Positions 1 through 10,951 of a stretch of DNA of 36,928 nucleotides are shown here, piece by piece. Under the pieces are notes generated by a model. The model searched no databases. It had not been told where the DNA came from and saw only the letters and a list, made by a program, of their open reading frames with translations. Source of the DNA: Sphaeroforma arctica JP610 (taxonomy: Eukaryota); the NCBI RefSeq assembly GCF_001186125.1, contig NW_014040434.1, forward strand, positions 16,023-52,950, read 5' to 3'. Position 1 is the stretch's first letter; each line of letters opens with the position of its first letter. The position numbers and the translations under genes are program-made.

Positions 1-507
1 TTGTATAAATGTATATGTGTGTGTCAACGTAAATATCATGCATATAAAATATATAGAAAATATGAACACAAGCGTACATGTATACCTATGCAAATAAACT
101 TACTTATATGCATATCGATTCATATGCTTATTATTATACAATGCAAGGATTTGTGTATCATTTAACTTCTTTAAAGACTATATAAGATTGTATTCTTAAG
201 TGTACTTTTGCGGATGACGCATGTATCTGACTTCAAAATAGGATGCGTTGCAACCGAAAAGAAGCTCGTGGGCTTCGACGTGGTAAAATATATGCAATCC
301 ATCGTCCAAAAAAAACAGTATATAAAGTACGGACGTGGTGGTTTTGTCCGTTTAAAACATCTGTTTAACGATAGTCTCTGCCGCACGCAGTAGACATTCA
401 ATTTTAACATAAGTATATCTTTCCATCAAATTTTTGAACAAGTTTCAAACTTTACTTATAATTGTGCACGACTATGTGCTTAAAACGCATAACCACAAGG
501 TACTCAC

Positions 508-683
508 CCCGTTTCATCATCAGAGATAGGTGACACATGCAATGACGGCATGGATTCGAACTTATTCCTGGCCGCCAGCAAGGATTTGGCAGCCTCCTCA
601 GGGTTGACATTGTTGTCCACTTGCATGCTTTGTGCCATACTACGTATCTGATAGAGTGTATCAATTTGAGTATTCAACTGATG
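508..683 (-). CDS. Possible internal exon of an unidentified host gene or pseudogene
   Basis: Minus strand: acceptor ctgtag, then open frame HQLNTQIDTLYQIRSMAQSMQVDNNVNPEEAAKSLLAARNKFESMPSLHVSPISDDETG, then a perfect GTGAGT donor. No family recognised and neighbouring exons not resolved. Confidence 0.3.
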
Positions 684-2274
684 CTACAGCTTTCGTAAGT
701 AGTTGGCGTACAAAGCTATTGTGAGTAACTCGGGTAGTCAATATGAACACTCCGTGAAGAGTGACACGTTGGCCAACTCAACCGAGTACGGTAGCCCCAC
801 AGTTTAGATGACTTAGACCGGCGGCTTTTCAGGGTGGTCCAATCTGATCAGGAGGTATGTAGATAATAGTTCTCGCCAGTGCGTGTGTAGTGTGTGTAAT
901 ACTGTGCAGTATATGCTTGTTCTCGAGTGTGTATATGTGTGATGTTTGCATTCATGATGAGGAAGGCTGCTGAGTTGCTTTTACTTTTTTTATGTAAATA
1001 TATTATTTACCGTGTATGGTTTTGCTAGAAACTGACGGCCCAGATCAACCGGAGTAGTAACGCGCCGGCATAGTCGTCGGAAATACTCTCTCGTGTGACG
1101 CTGTGAAGTATTGAGAGTCTGAGAGTATATACACTACTAAATGCATGGTACAACTTTTTAACCAGCGAACCCCCCCCCCCGCCCGCGGGTGAGAGTGGCT
1201 GACTGGCTGGGGAGTGGATTGACTGTGTGACAGGTTGACAACAGAACTGTGTGATCTTATTGGCTCTCGACGCGATTTGTTGGTATTCGTGTGTGCTTAC
1301 GAATTTTTCTTGTAAATTTTATAAATTTTTATGTGGAATTTGAAATTTCCGTCGTTTTCACACATTTTAGGTCTTTTAGGACAGATGTGATCGAGTCAGA
1401 AATTCAGAATACAATCGGCCCTGTCCTGGAATAGAACATAAATGGACCAGGGGCAGATATCAATACGTGTAAAATATTGTTTTCACCCCCCAGAGGCCAG
1501 AGGGCCCAGACAGTCAGACTGTTCACTGTACGACAGACTGCATTTTTGTTTTCTGGTATTTTTTTTAAAAATCAACAATATTTATTTACATTTTTGGACA
1601 ACAATCGAGAGGGATTATATAATATTTTTTCAATACACAAAAAGGAAGTTGCTTTTCTTTTTTACAAAATAATATGAAATCTATATTTAGTTGTTTAAAA
1701 AACACTTTTTATTTATTTTGTTTATTTTTTTAAAATTATAGCCAAAAAGAACAAATACAAACAGTCAAACGAGTCGATAATTGTCTATTTAATCCAATTG
1801 TTGTCCACTTTACTAAGGAGTAAGGGCCCGCCTAATAAAAGTATTTAGTTCTCGAAAATATAAATATAAATAAAATTGGCGAATGAAATTGCTTGTATTT
1901 AGTATGATTTCGAGTTGTTCTTGAAAAATCCAAAATCTTTGTCCGTTGAGGACTTGTGAGGAGTTGAGGTTCACTTTCCGAGGGTCCTGGTCCAGGAGGC
2001 TGGAGCCTCGGAAAACGTTCAAAATGAATAATAAAGCAGTACGGTAAAGTTTTGGATAGTACATACATACGTATGTAAATATAAAAATCCAAAAATTAGT
2101 TAAGAAAACGTACTTTGTAAAACCTGGTGGCCCTAAACCAGTAGCACCCCGGAAAGACCGCCAAAGTAACACTTTTAGTTATTTGAGCGGGCCACCCGTC
2201 AGGACCAATGCGACGGACTTTGCGCCTAGCTCACCATATAAATACGACAGTTTGAAGTTTTGAATATATCAGGT

Positions 2275-2323
2275 GTGAGCGGAGCTCACCGTTTGATTAT
2301 ATTCTGGCGCGCGGAGCGCGCCA
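2275..2323. other. Two GC-GGA-GC mini-hairpins
   Basis: gtgagc-gga-gctcac (2275-2289) and tggcgcgc-gga-gcgcgcca (2305-2323) are perfect stems with the same GGA loop, ~200 bp upstream of the ATG at 2521. Confidence 0.7.
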
Positions 2324-2520
2324 TTTCATTACTTGAGAGAGCCCACAGCGCGATATCATTGATCCAGGCGTTTTTGTAACAAGTGCGATAAGATACAAAC
2401 AACAATTCCTGGGTACCATATAAACACCATTCTATTGACGATTATATGGGAAGATATAAGCAAGAACGTATGTAGATGAGAGCAAAATTCAGATTGGAAT
2501 AATACTTAAACACAGTTAGT

Positions 2521-3077
2521 ATGCCGCGTGCTCAGGCAGTAGGCCCCAAATACCGGAAGAAGGGATCGGGTCGTAAGCGCGCCAATGCAGGTGGGAAGCA
2601 AGCAGTACAGACTCTAACACTTGTGCCGGGACAAACCCCTTTAGGCTTTAAACTTAAATCAACCGAAGTAGACCCTCTAATAAATGATGGGGCGCAACAA
2701 AGCCAATCAGCAGATCCTACGGATGATTTTTAGAGACTATGACACAGACCAATCAGGTCGCGATCGTGCCAACGGAAAATACTACAAATGGTATAGTAAT
2801 TGTATCAGTGCAAGACGTAGCATGTAGCTATAGATAATGTTGCTAGAATCATTAACAATTCCTTTGCAAGATTGTATACTTTTCTCCCTCGAAACACAGG
2901 TGTGTAAACTTTGATGGAAATTATTNNNNNNNNNNNNNNNNNNNNACATGCTTCACAAAATTTTAAAGAGATGTCAAAAACCCCGGACGGGCCTGACGAA
3001 ACACTACTTAATGTCGTGATAGTTTATTTAAAAAGCACCAACAAGAAGCTATTTACGGCGTGCAAGACAGAGGTCAG
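2521..3077 (+). pseudogene. 5' part of a Mutator-like transposase/exonuclease pseudogene, interrupted by the Gypsy insertion
   Basis: Basic N-terminus MPRAQAVGPKYRKKGSGRKR. Removing 3078-10951 joins ...KKLFTACKTEV to RS*YLGFLDNSMWVRAPNP...PDPLYMPDIFVWLP in one frame. The link between the 2521 ATG and the post-gap frame crosses an N gap and is inferred. Confidence 0.55.
2926..2945. other. Assembly gap (20 N)
   Basis: Run of n in the sequence. Confidence 1.
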
Positions 3078-3356
3078 TGTAAGATTCGGTCTATCAAGGC
3101 GATATTAACGCCTTAAAGAAATTAAACGCTTAGGTTAAGTCTAAGTATAGTGAAATTTGAAATAAATAAACGAAACGAGTCTTTAGTAAAGTTAGGTATG
3201 CCTCGTAAAAACAGCAATACTCTGAGGCATTGTGAGGCTGAGACATTGCCTATATATAATCCTCTCAGTACTGTTTTCGCCGAAGGGATTTTATTTAGTG
3301 TTTCGTTGTCGCTCTATTAAAAACTATGGTATGTTTCGTTGTGGCGAATCCGAGAG

Positions 3357-4170
3357 TGTAAGATTCGGTCTAATAAAGGCGATACTAATGCCTTAGAATA
3401 AATAAACGCGTGGGTAAATTCTATATATCGTGTAAATATCGATATAAATTACCGAAATGAGACGTTCAATAAAGTTAGGTTTGCCTCGTGAAAACAGCAA
3501 TACTCTGAGGGCTTAGACATTGCCTATATATAATCCTCTCAGTACTGTTTCTGCCGAAGGGATTTTATTTAGTGTTTCGTTGTCGCTCTATTCTGGGGCG
3601 AATCCGAGAGGCTCATAAAATCCTATCTTTAGAAAAAAGAAATAAAAATAAAAATACTCTTGATGTCTTTAGTTATTGTCTTAACCAATAGCTTGCCACT
3701 ATCAAGAATTAGCGACTTAGCCTTCATCAGACTGGCACATCTGGTTGGCTTATCAGAGGATCAACTAGGTAACATTAATAGTCCCTAGAAACCTATATTC
3801 GGTTGAGCCATCTCGCTACCGAAGTATTCAGATATAAATAAAATTGGAAAGTAAATAAAGCTCTATTAATAGAACTAGACCAACTCTTTTATGTTTGGTA
3901 TTTTACTGAGGCCTTTTAATGGCCTCATCCAAATAGCTGATATGTTAAATGGAAAAGGTTTAACTAATAAAACCATTAAAACCCATTTTAGGAAACTTAA
4001 GTTCCTCGTGCTATTAAGAGCACATTTAGGAGACTTAAGTTCCTCGTACTATTAAGAGTACATTTAGGAAACTTAAGTTCCTCGTACTATTAAGAGTACG
4101 TTTATAATTTGCGTACTGCTTAAGAGCACGTTTATACATAGAGTCTAATGTGGAGGCCCGGCTTATTACA
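3357..4170 (-). mobile_element. Solo LTR of the same family nested in the 3' LTR
   Basis: Full LTR copy tgtaagattcgg...cttattaca flanked by agag (3353-3356) and aaag (4171-4174), a 4-bp TSD with one mismatch. Confidence 0.88.
3984..4098. repeat. 38-bp tandem repeat x3 in the solo LTR
   Basis: catttaggaaacttaagttcctcgtactattaagagta occurs three times here and once in the other LTRs. Confidence 0.9.
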
Positions 4171-4564
4171 AAAGACTCATAAAATCCCAAAAAAAAAAAA
4201 AAATTGTACTCCTGATGTCCATAGTTATTGCATTAACCAATAACTTGCCACTTATCAAGAATTACCGACTTAACCTTCATCAGACTGGCACATCTGGCTA
4301 TCTGAACGGAGGATAAACAAAGCAACGCTAATAGTCCTTAGAAACATATGTTCGGTTGAGCCATCTCGCTACCGAAGTATTCAGATATAAATAGATTTGG
4401 AAAGTTAATATAGTTCTATTAATAGAACTAGACCAAATCTTAAGTTTGGTATTTTTCTGGGGCCTTTTAATGGCCTTGTCCAAATATCTGATAAGTAATA
4501 TGGAATATTAATTAATAAAACCGTTAAACCCCATTTAGGAATCTTAAGTTCCTCGTACTATTAA

Positions 4565-5411
4565 GGTCTGCCCCGGTGGCCAAAAATTCACCACCAGCCA
4601 CTTTGCCTGCAACCAGCAACTGATCCAATGCATCATAGTAGGCCCAAAACTGCCTCTCATTGGCCCTGATCTCCTCCAGCAACTACAGGAGTGCCTCGAC
4701 TTCCATAGTATCTGGACCCTCCACGAACACATTGGATCTTTTCTCCAGCATGTAGAACAACTCCTGTACCCACACCTGTCTCTGACATATCAACAGATGT
4801 TTCCTATACCCTGGCCAATCACGCTGTTGAAGTACTACTTCCAAATTTCGGTACAAACCAAGTCATCGCGCCTGTTGGTTCCGCCTATGATACTTCCAAT
4901 ACAGGCAAACCAACACATACCGAGTGCATCCGTGGTCTGGTGCAGCATCGGTTCACCCCCAACCTCGCTCCTTAACCGAATTATGACGGGTAACCTGGTC
5001 CTACTCGGTATTTCGTACTCTGCACTAACCCATTCCACATCACTACACGATAAAGACCCGATCTGAACCACAGCGGTGGGTACGCTATTTAGTAGGTCAG
5101 CAAGCGAATACGTGGCACACTCGATGGTGTCAGTTTTTTGTCAGCACCGGCTTGAATTGACCCAGCGCATTTCTTCCATTGTCGACTCACTTGGTCCAAG
5201 CTTCAACAGAGAATTTACTGACCACTTCTTCCCATCGATCTTCCCCGAACCACTACAACGGCTACGAGAGCCATACCATAAATACAAGCATTGTAACTTA
5301 ACTCCTTTGAAATTAATAATATTATCCCGACTATGAGAGCCATACCATATGTTCATACATAGTATCAGACATACTTGCCATTTTTGAAATAAATAATATT
5401 ATCCCTAATAT
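4565..5411 (+). mobile_element. ~850-bp insertion in the 3' LTR, possibly a 5'-truncated non-LTR retrotransposon fragment
   Basis: Absent from the other two LTR copies. Open frame from the junction starts VCPGGQKFTTSHFAC (like a degenerate LINE C-terminal Zn knuckle) and runs to 5066. The 3' end has two tandem ~70-bp units (gagagccataccata...aataatattatccc). The insertion itself is certain; its identity is tentative. Confidence 0.45.
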
Positions 5412-5488
5412 GAGTACGTTTATAGTTTACATACTGCTTAAGAGTACGTCTATAACATAGAGCCTAATGTGGAGGCCCGGCTATTACA

Positions 5489-5500
5489 CAGCCTCCACCC
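5489..5500 (-). promoter_or_regulatory. Polypurine tract of element 1
   Basis: GGGTGGAGGCTG on the minus strand directly precedes TGTAATAG, the start of the 3' LTR. Confidence 0.8.
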
Positions 5501-5714
5501 AGCTTTTGAGACCCGGGAGAAGCAAGTTGCTCACTCAAGCTGATTATGGGTCAAAAAACGAGGAAGGAAAAACGGGTCGAAAACACTAAGTAAAGTTAAT
5601 TTTTCTCAGGTGGAGAAGTTAAGCGTTCTCGGTTACCCTGTGAGTTTTGGGCTTAGGTCCAGTAGGTCCCTGGTGGTCGACTAGACGTTTCTTACGCTTT
5701 AGTGTCATAAGCAC

Positions 5715-6360
5715 CTATGAAGGGTGAGCAATAAAGCTCGGGATAAATGCTGTAGGCGGGTAAGCTTTAATTTCCGTGCCTTCAGACGTTGGAAACATGC
5801 TATCTTTTTCAGCTTGTGACGTATGCAGGCGTTTACGCCATTTTCGATTAAAGGCTTTTAAACAGTTTTGATTATCTGAAGTCAACTCAGCGATTGTACT
5901 GTCTATAAAGCATGTACGATAGTATCTATAGCCTCCCTTATCCGTTCTCCATATAATGCCTTTAAATTCAGAACGATCAAGAGAGGCATTAGAGTCATGT
6001 CTTCTTGCGAGAATAATCTCAGTAGTCGGAATCCGAATAGTGCCTATATTTAAAGTACTGGAACCGTCGGGTTTACTAACCTCATAGGTTTCACTTTTAA
6101 CGTCAGCTACAGAGATTGTACATGGTCCTATCCATTTAGATGTTAATACAGTAGCATCGGAATTACGTTGACGGATGTTAACTCTGTCTCCAACCTGATA
6201 CTCTGCTATCTTTTTGGTAGCATTCCATCTATTTTGCCATTAAATAAGGCAATATTGCGTGTTTCGCGCAAGCAAGGATAAATAACGTTATGAATACGTT
6301 GTACCTTCTCTAACCATGGTAACTCATGGTGATTAGGTTCGTCCTTGTAAGTCCGGTACA
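5715..6360 (-). pseudogene. Integrase C-terminal (GPY/F) remnant of element 1
   Basis: YQVGDRVNIR...LTSKWIGPCTI matches the Gypsy GPY/F module. No HHCC or DDE core lies upstream of it. Confidence 0.7.
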
Positions 6361-6361
6361 A

Positions 6362-7898
6362 AGCGTGATAACATATCCGGTATATGGATATATATCCCTG
6401 GTAGATGTTTGATATCAAAATAAAACTTTGATAGTGTATATATCATGCCATCGGCTCAGTAATTGAGAGTCTGGCTTCATTTCCTTCATATATTGAAGGG
6501 ACTTCTGATCACACATCAGCGTAAAAGCTGTTCCGTATAAGTAATCTCGGAAGTGTGTTAAAGCTGCTGCTATGGCTAGTAGCTCTTGCTTCACAGTTGG
6601 ATAATTCAACTGTAAAGCATTCATTGCCCAGCTAAAGAATTGTATATACCTAGGTTTATTATCTATAAACTGGTATAGTACACCTCCGAGTGCTAAGTCT
6701 GATGCGTCCGTTGCTATTTCAAAAGGCACGCCATCGACTGGTCCTTGTACAACATGGGGCTGGTTGGACTGCGTGCTTGAGCGCTTTAAATGCGGCATCG
6801 CACTCTTTAGTCCACAAGTCTCCTAGTTTGCCTTTATGACATCTTAAGTGTCCAACAAAGTGTCCAATGTGGTACTCCGTCTGAAAAACATTTTACAAAC
6901 CCACACATGCTGTTCACATCTCTTCCTGTAGTTGGTGTTCGCCAATCTAACAGGTGTTCCACCTTACCCGGATCGATTTTAATACCTTCCCCAGATATAT
7001 GGTAGCCTAAGAGCTGTATTTCGCTCATGGCGAAGTGGCATTTCTTCTCGTTAATCTTGAAGTTTTGTTCGTTGAGTCTCTGCAGGACTCGCCTGACTAA
7101 TGCGGCATGTTCGCCTTTAGTCTTAAAAAATATGACTATGTCATCTATATAGACTTCCATGTTAAGCATGTCTGCAAACATTTCCACCATTACTTGTTGG
7201 AAGAATGCTGGTAAGGAGTGCAACCCGAAAGGTGTATTGTTTACCTTTCTAGGTAAACTAAAGTACTTACGATGGGGTTCATAAATTTGCATTTGATGAT
7301 ACCCCTGTGTTAGGTCTATGGATGTAAACACCGTAGCACCTTCCATTCGTCTCAGTAACTCGTTATACGAGGGAGATGGAAACTATGAGTCGACAATAAC
7401 ATTTGTTGGACTCATATCTAGGCATACTCTGACTTTCTTATATGTTCCGTCAGAGTTGTGTTGACCAACTGCCAATAATGCTAAGTTAACTGGCATTTGT
7501 GGGTAATTGATTTCGATTACCCCATCGGATAACCATTTCTCAACTTGTTCTTTAACTACAGCTTCATGTCTCCAAGAAACATAGTTTCTTGAAGGGCATT
7601 TGAGATTAGTAAAGTCTACCTTGGTTAAGTCAAGGCTGCCATATCCGTCGTTAAAACGGAATTTTGCCCAATCTGTGATCTTTATCTTCTTATCTACTAG
7701 AATCAGATCCATGATTTTGTCCGCAAAGTCAGGTATTAATGCCTTGACTGTGTCTGACGGGGGCTTATATGGTTTCAGACAGTTATCGTCAATCAAAGCA
7801 AGGACTTTATTTCCATTGCAATATACAGGTATTATTACGCGCTCGTCTAAAGAGTCGTTGTATTTTCTTTGTAACATTGTACCTGGTAGTACTTTCAC
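6362..7898 (-). pseudogene. pol: pol of element 1: truncated protease, reverse transcriptase, RNase H (frameshifted)
   Basis: PR start IIPVYCNGNKVLALID. RT motifs KVRVCLD, FTSIDLTQGYHQM, PFGLHSLPAFFQ, VYIDDIVIF, LLGYHI. RNase H motifs TDASDLALGGVLYQ, YPTVKQELLAI, CDQKSL, HLPG...DMLSR. Confidence 0.93.
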
Positions 7899-10071
7899 TC
7901 CAACTTAATGTCGGACTTTTTGTCACAAGACTTGGCGTGATAGCCATTGGTTTTCTCACACTTGTCACACTTAGTAAGAAAGTGTGTACAGGTGGGTGCA
8001 TGTCTGCCATTCCAATAACCGTTAGGGGTCAATTGGTACATGTCATACCCACACTGTGCGTCGGCACATTTCTTAATCTCCTTAAATGACGGTTCCTTGT
8101 CCTTCGCCTCCGCGCGTGCCCGTTTATTGGGACGCGTCTGATGAGGTTTATCATCTGACGTCTGGCGTGAGAGGTATCCTTGATCAGCGAGCTCGCGCGG
8201 TTTCTTATTTACCGCCTTTCCCTTCGAGGTTACTCGGTGTGCGGGTAAAAGAGTGGATAAAGTTTCATAAAACTGTTCCCACGTAAGTCGGGATAGATAA
8301 AATTTTGTTTTATGTCCCTTGTCTCGAGCCTCAGTAGCTTATTTACGTCGCAACTCGGTGTACAGACTTTCACGGTCGTTGTTCCCTATGTTCCTACAGA
8401 AAACATGCATATCCAGGAACTCGTACCATCGCTGCGCCCTGTTCTTTGTTATATCCGGACATTTAAGGTCAGCATCAAGTTTCAAAATATAACTCTGAAT
8501 AGGAGTATTCTCAACTGGTTCAGTTAAGATTGAACTCAGTCCTGGACTTCGCATGTCCTAGCTTAATAAGGACGTAACCAACCAACACACAGCTGGCCAG
8601 TCACGATAAGTGTTTAGCTCATGCTGGTGTCGTTGCAGGACCAAGTAACTTGTTCCTGTAGGGTCAAACGACTGCATTAAAGCGGAAATCCATTGCTGGG
8701 GAGCGATATCATTCGTCTCCAGCATGACCATAAACGCATTAAGCGTACGGGTTAGCGTGTCGAGGGTTTAGGGTTTTAGGGTTGTTTATAAACTCGACCT
8801 GCTTGCTGTTGGCATCCCAATTCGACTTAAGTCGACTGATCTGTCCCTTGTACTTCTGGTTATCCCTGTGGTCTTGCCCACGTTGGGCCTAAAGTAGCTG
8901 ATCGATGCGCTTCTGCTTGATCGCGATCATATTAGCAAAATATGATACGTCATCAGCACGGTGCTCGTCATGGGCGATTTCCATCTTAATGGTGTAATCG
9001 TCGACCGATTTATTAAGTTCGGACACCTCGTCAGAGTGGAAATCCTCTGCGGGCTGGTGTAATGCTGTGCTATCGAAGCGATTAATTTCGACATCGGTAA
9101 CACGTTTACGGGAGTGTTTATTACCCCTGTCCATGGTCGAGGCCTTTCGGTGCTCTGTTCCTTGATTAGTAGTTGGTACTATAATCTTGGGTGATTCATG
9201 CGTCTGGATAACATACCCAGTCTTAACTGGTTTCCGACGATTGTCATACCAGTTGGGTAAGGGTGGCGGAGTATTTTTACCTGCCTCTGGTTCTATAATA
9301 CCCTCAAGGACGGGCGACTCATGGCCGGGTGTTAGAACAGGCGAGTAATTAGCCTGGAGTTCTGGTGGTAGTACCTCGTAAGGTATAGATACGCTGAGCA
9401 CATCTGGCTCATCTGCCACAGGTGTAGCACTCAGGCCTTTACGCTTTTCGGGCGTAATTGCCTGTCGACGTTCTGTCCACTTCTGTAGGGCTTCAGTAAT
9501 GCCCGGAGAAACATGCTCGCGTAAGTGCTGTGTATGTTTTCCTGATCTATACATTCGATCTACATGTTCAACAGTCATGTCTTTCATAAGGGCGGCTAAC
9601 TGATTCTTAAGATCCGTGTTTTCAGTGATTAACTTACTTATGCGCGTTGGTTCAGTGGTCTCGGACGTAGATTCGGGTTTGCCACTTGAGCTTGCCTCCT
9701 CTTCTGGTTCCGGTATAGGTACCTTCTGAGATTCGTCTTTGTCACCTATAATTGGGGACTTTTCTTTCTGAGTTTCGTCCGAAGAATTGGTTGGGGCGTC
9801 GTAAGACGTGTCCCTTGTTTCACTTCTTGGCTTCGTAGCAAGCTTTGAAGTTGAAGCAATAGTTGGCCCTCGGGCTCTGTCTGTAGGAGTAGTCTCCTTA
9901 ATCGGAGTGGCTACATCCTTATCCGAAGCATTGTCCTGTTGACTATTATTATCGGAGACAAGTGCCTCGGCTTCGGTGCGGTTAAACGCATCGGCAGCGC
10001 TAGCGGCTTCTCTCCATTTTCTTATGTTCAGCCTTGCATTTCTTTGCAGGTGTATTGTCTTTCTTTGTCAT
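7896..10071 (-). pseudogene. gag: gag of element 1 (frameshifted) with two atypical Zn knuckles
   Basis: ATG at 10071 just inside the 5' LTR, long open segments (e.g. 8889-9587), and a C-terminal CADAQC-x14-HAPTC plus CDKCEKTNGYHAKSC at ~7924-8068. Confidence 0.7.
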
Positions 10072-10196
10072 AATCTTAACTTATGACTTCAGTCTTTTTC
10101 TCTTAAGGAATGACTGTGCTTAGGAAACATTTCTTGGTAGTTATTTACCTTTACGTTCAAGTAGTCAAGTAGTTAATACCTTTGTTGACTTTAAAA

Positions 10197-10947
10197 TGTG
10201 ATAGATTCGGTCTATCAAGGCGATATTAACGCCTTAGAGTAATTAAATGCTTAGGTTAAGTCTAAGTATCGTGAAATTCGAAGTAAATGACGAAATGAGT
10301 CTTTTGGTAAAGTTAGGTATGCCTCGTGAAAACAGCAATACTCTGAGGGATTGTGAGGCTGAGACATTTCCTATATATAATCCTCTCAGACTGTTTTCGC
10401 CGAAGGGATTTTATATAGTGTTTCGTTGTCGCTCTATTAGAAACTATGGTATGTTTCGTTGGGGCGAATCCGAGAGACTCATAAAATCCTAAAAAAAAAT
10501 AAAAAAAATACTCCTAATGTCCATAGTTATTGCATTAACCAATAACTTGCCACTTATCAAGAATTACCGACTTAGCCTTCATCAGACTGGCACATCTGGT
10601 TGGCTGAACGGAGGATAAACTAAGCAACGTCAATAGTCCTTAGAAACCTATGTTCGGTTGAGCCATCTCGCTACCGAAGTATTCAGATATAAATAGATTT
10701 GGAAAGTAAATATAGTTCTATTAATAGAACTAGACCAAATCTTAAGTTTGGTATTTTACTGGGGCCTTTTAATGGCCTTGTCCAAATATCTGATATGTAA
10801 AATGGAAAAGGTATTAATTAATAAACCCGTTAAAAACCATTTAGGAATCTTAAGTTCCTCGTACTATTAAGAGTACGTTTATAGTTTACGTATTGCTTAA
10901 GAGTACGTTTATAACATAGAGTCTAATGTAGAGGCCCGGCTATAACA
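10197..10947 (-). repeat. 5' LTR of element 1 (751 bp)
   Basis: tgtgatagattcgg...ggctataaca, homologous to the left-hand copies. TATA-like tatatataa near 10372-10380. Confidence 0.95.
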
Positions 10948-10951
10948 TCAG

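Larger units (their letters stand above)
3078..5488 (-). repeat. 3' LTR of element 1, split by two nested insertions (pieces 3078-3356, 4171-4564, 5412-5488)
   Basis: The three pieces joined are colinear with the uninterrupted LTR at 10197-10947 (gaatccgagag|actcataaaatcc and gtactattaa|gagtacg junctions). Confidence 0.9.
3078..10947 (-). mobile_element. Ty3/Gypsy LTR retrotransposon (element 1), decayed and internally deleted
   Basis: TG...CA LTRs at both ends. 4-bp TSD TCAG at 3074-3077 and 10948-10951. Minus-strand order gag-PR-RT(YIDD)-RNase H-integrase C-terminus. PPT next to the left LTR. Confidence 0.95.

Noticed and set aside
8762..8783. Telomere-like (TTTAGGG) repeats inside element 1 gag
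   Set aside because: Removing one 7-bp unit restores the gag frame (NNPKTLDTL), so this is a slippage duplication rather than telomere addition.
10570..10595. CTGATGA on the minus strand of the element 1 LTR
   Set aside because: No downstream stem II plus GAAA, so not a hammerhead.
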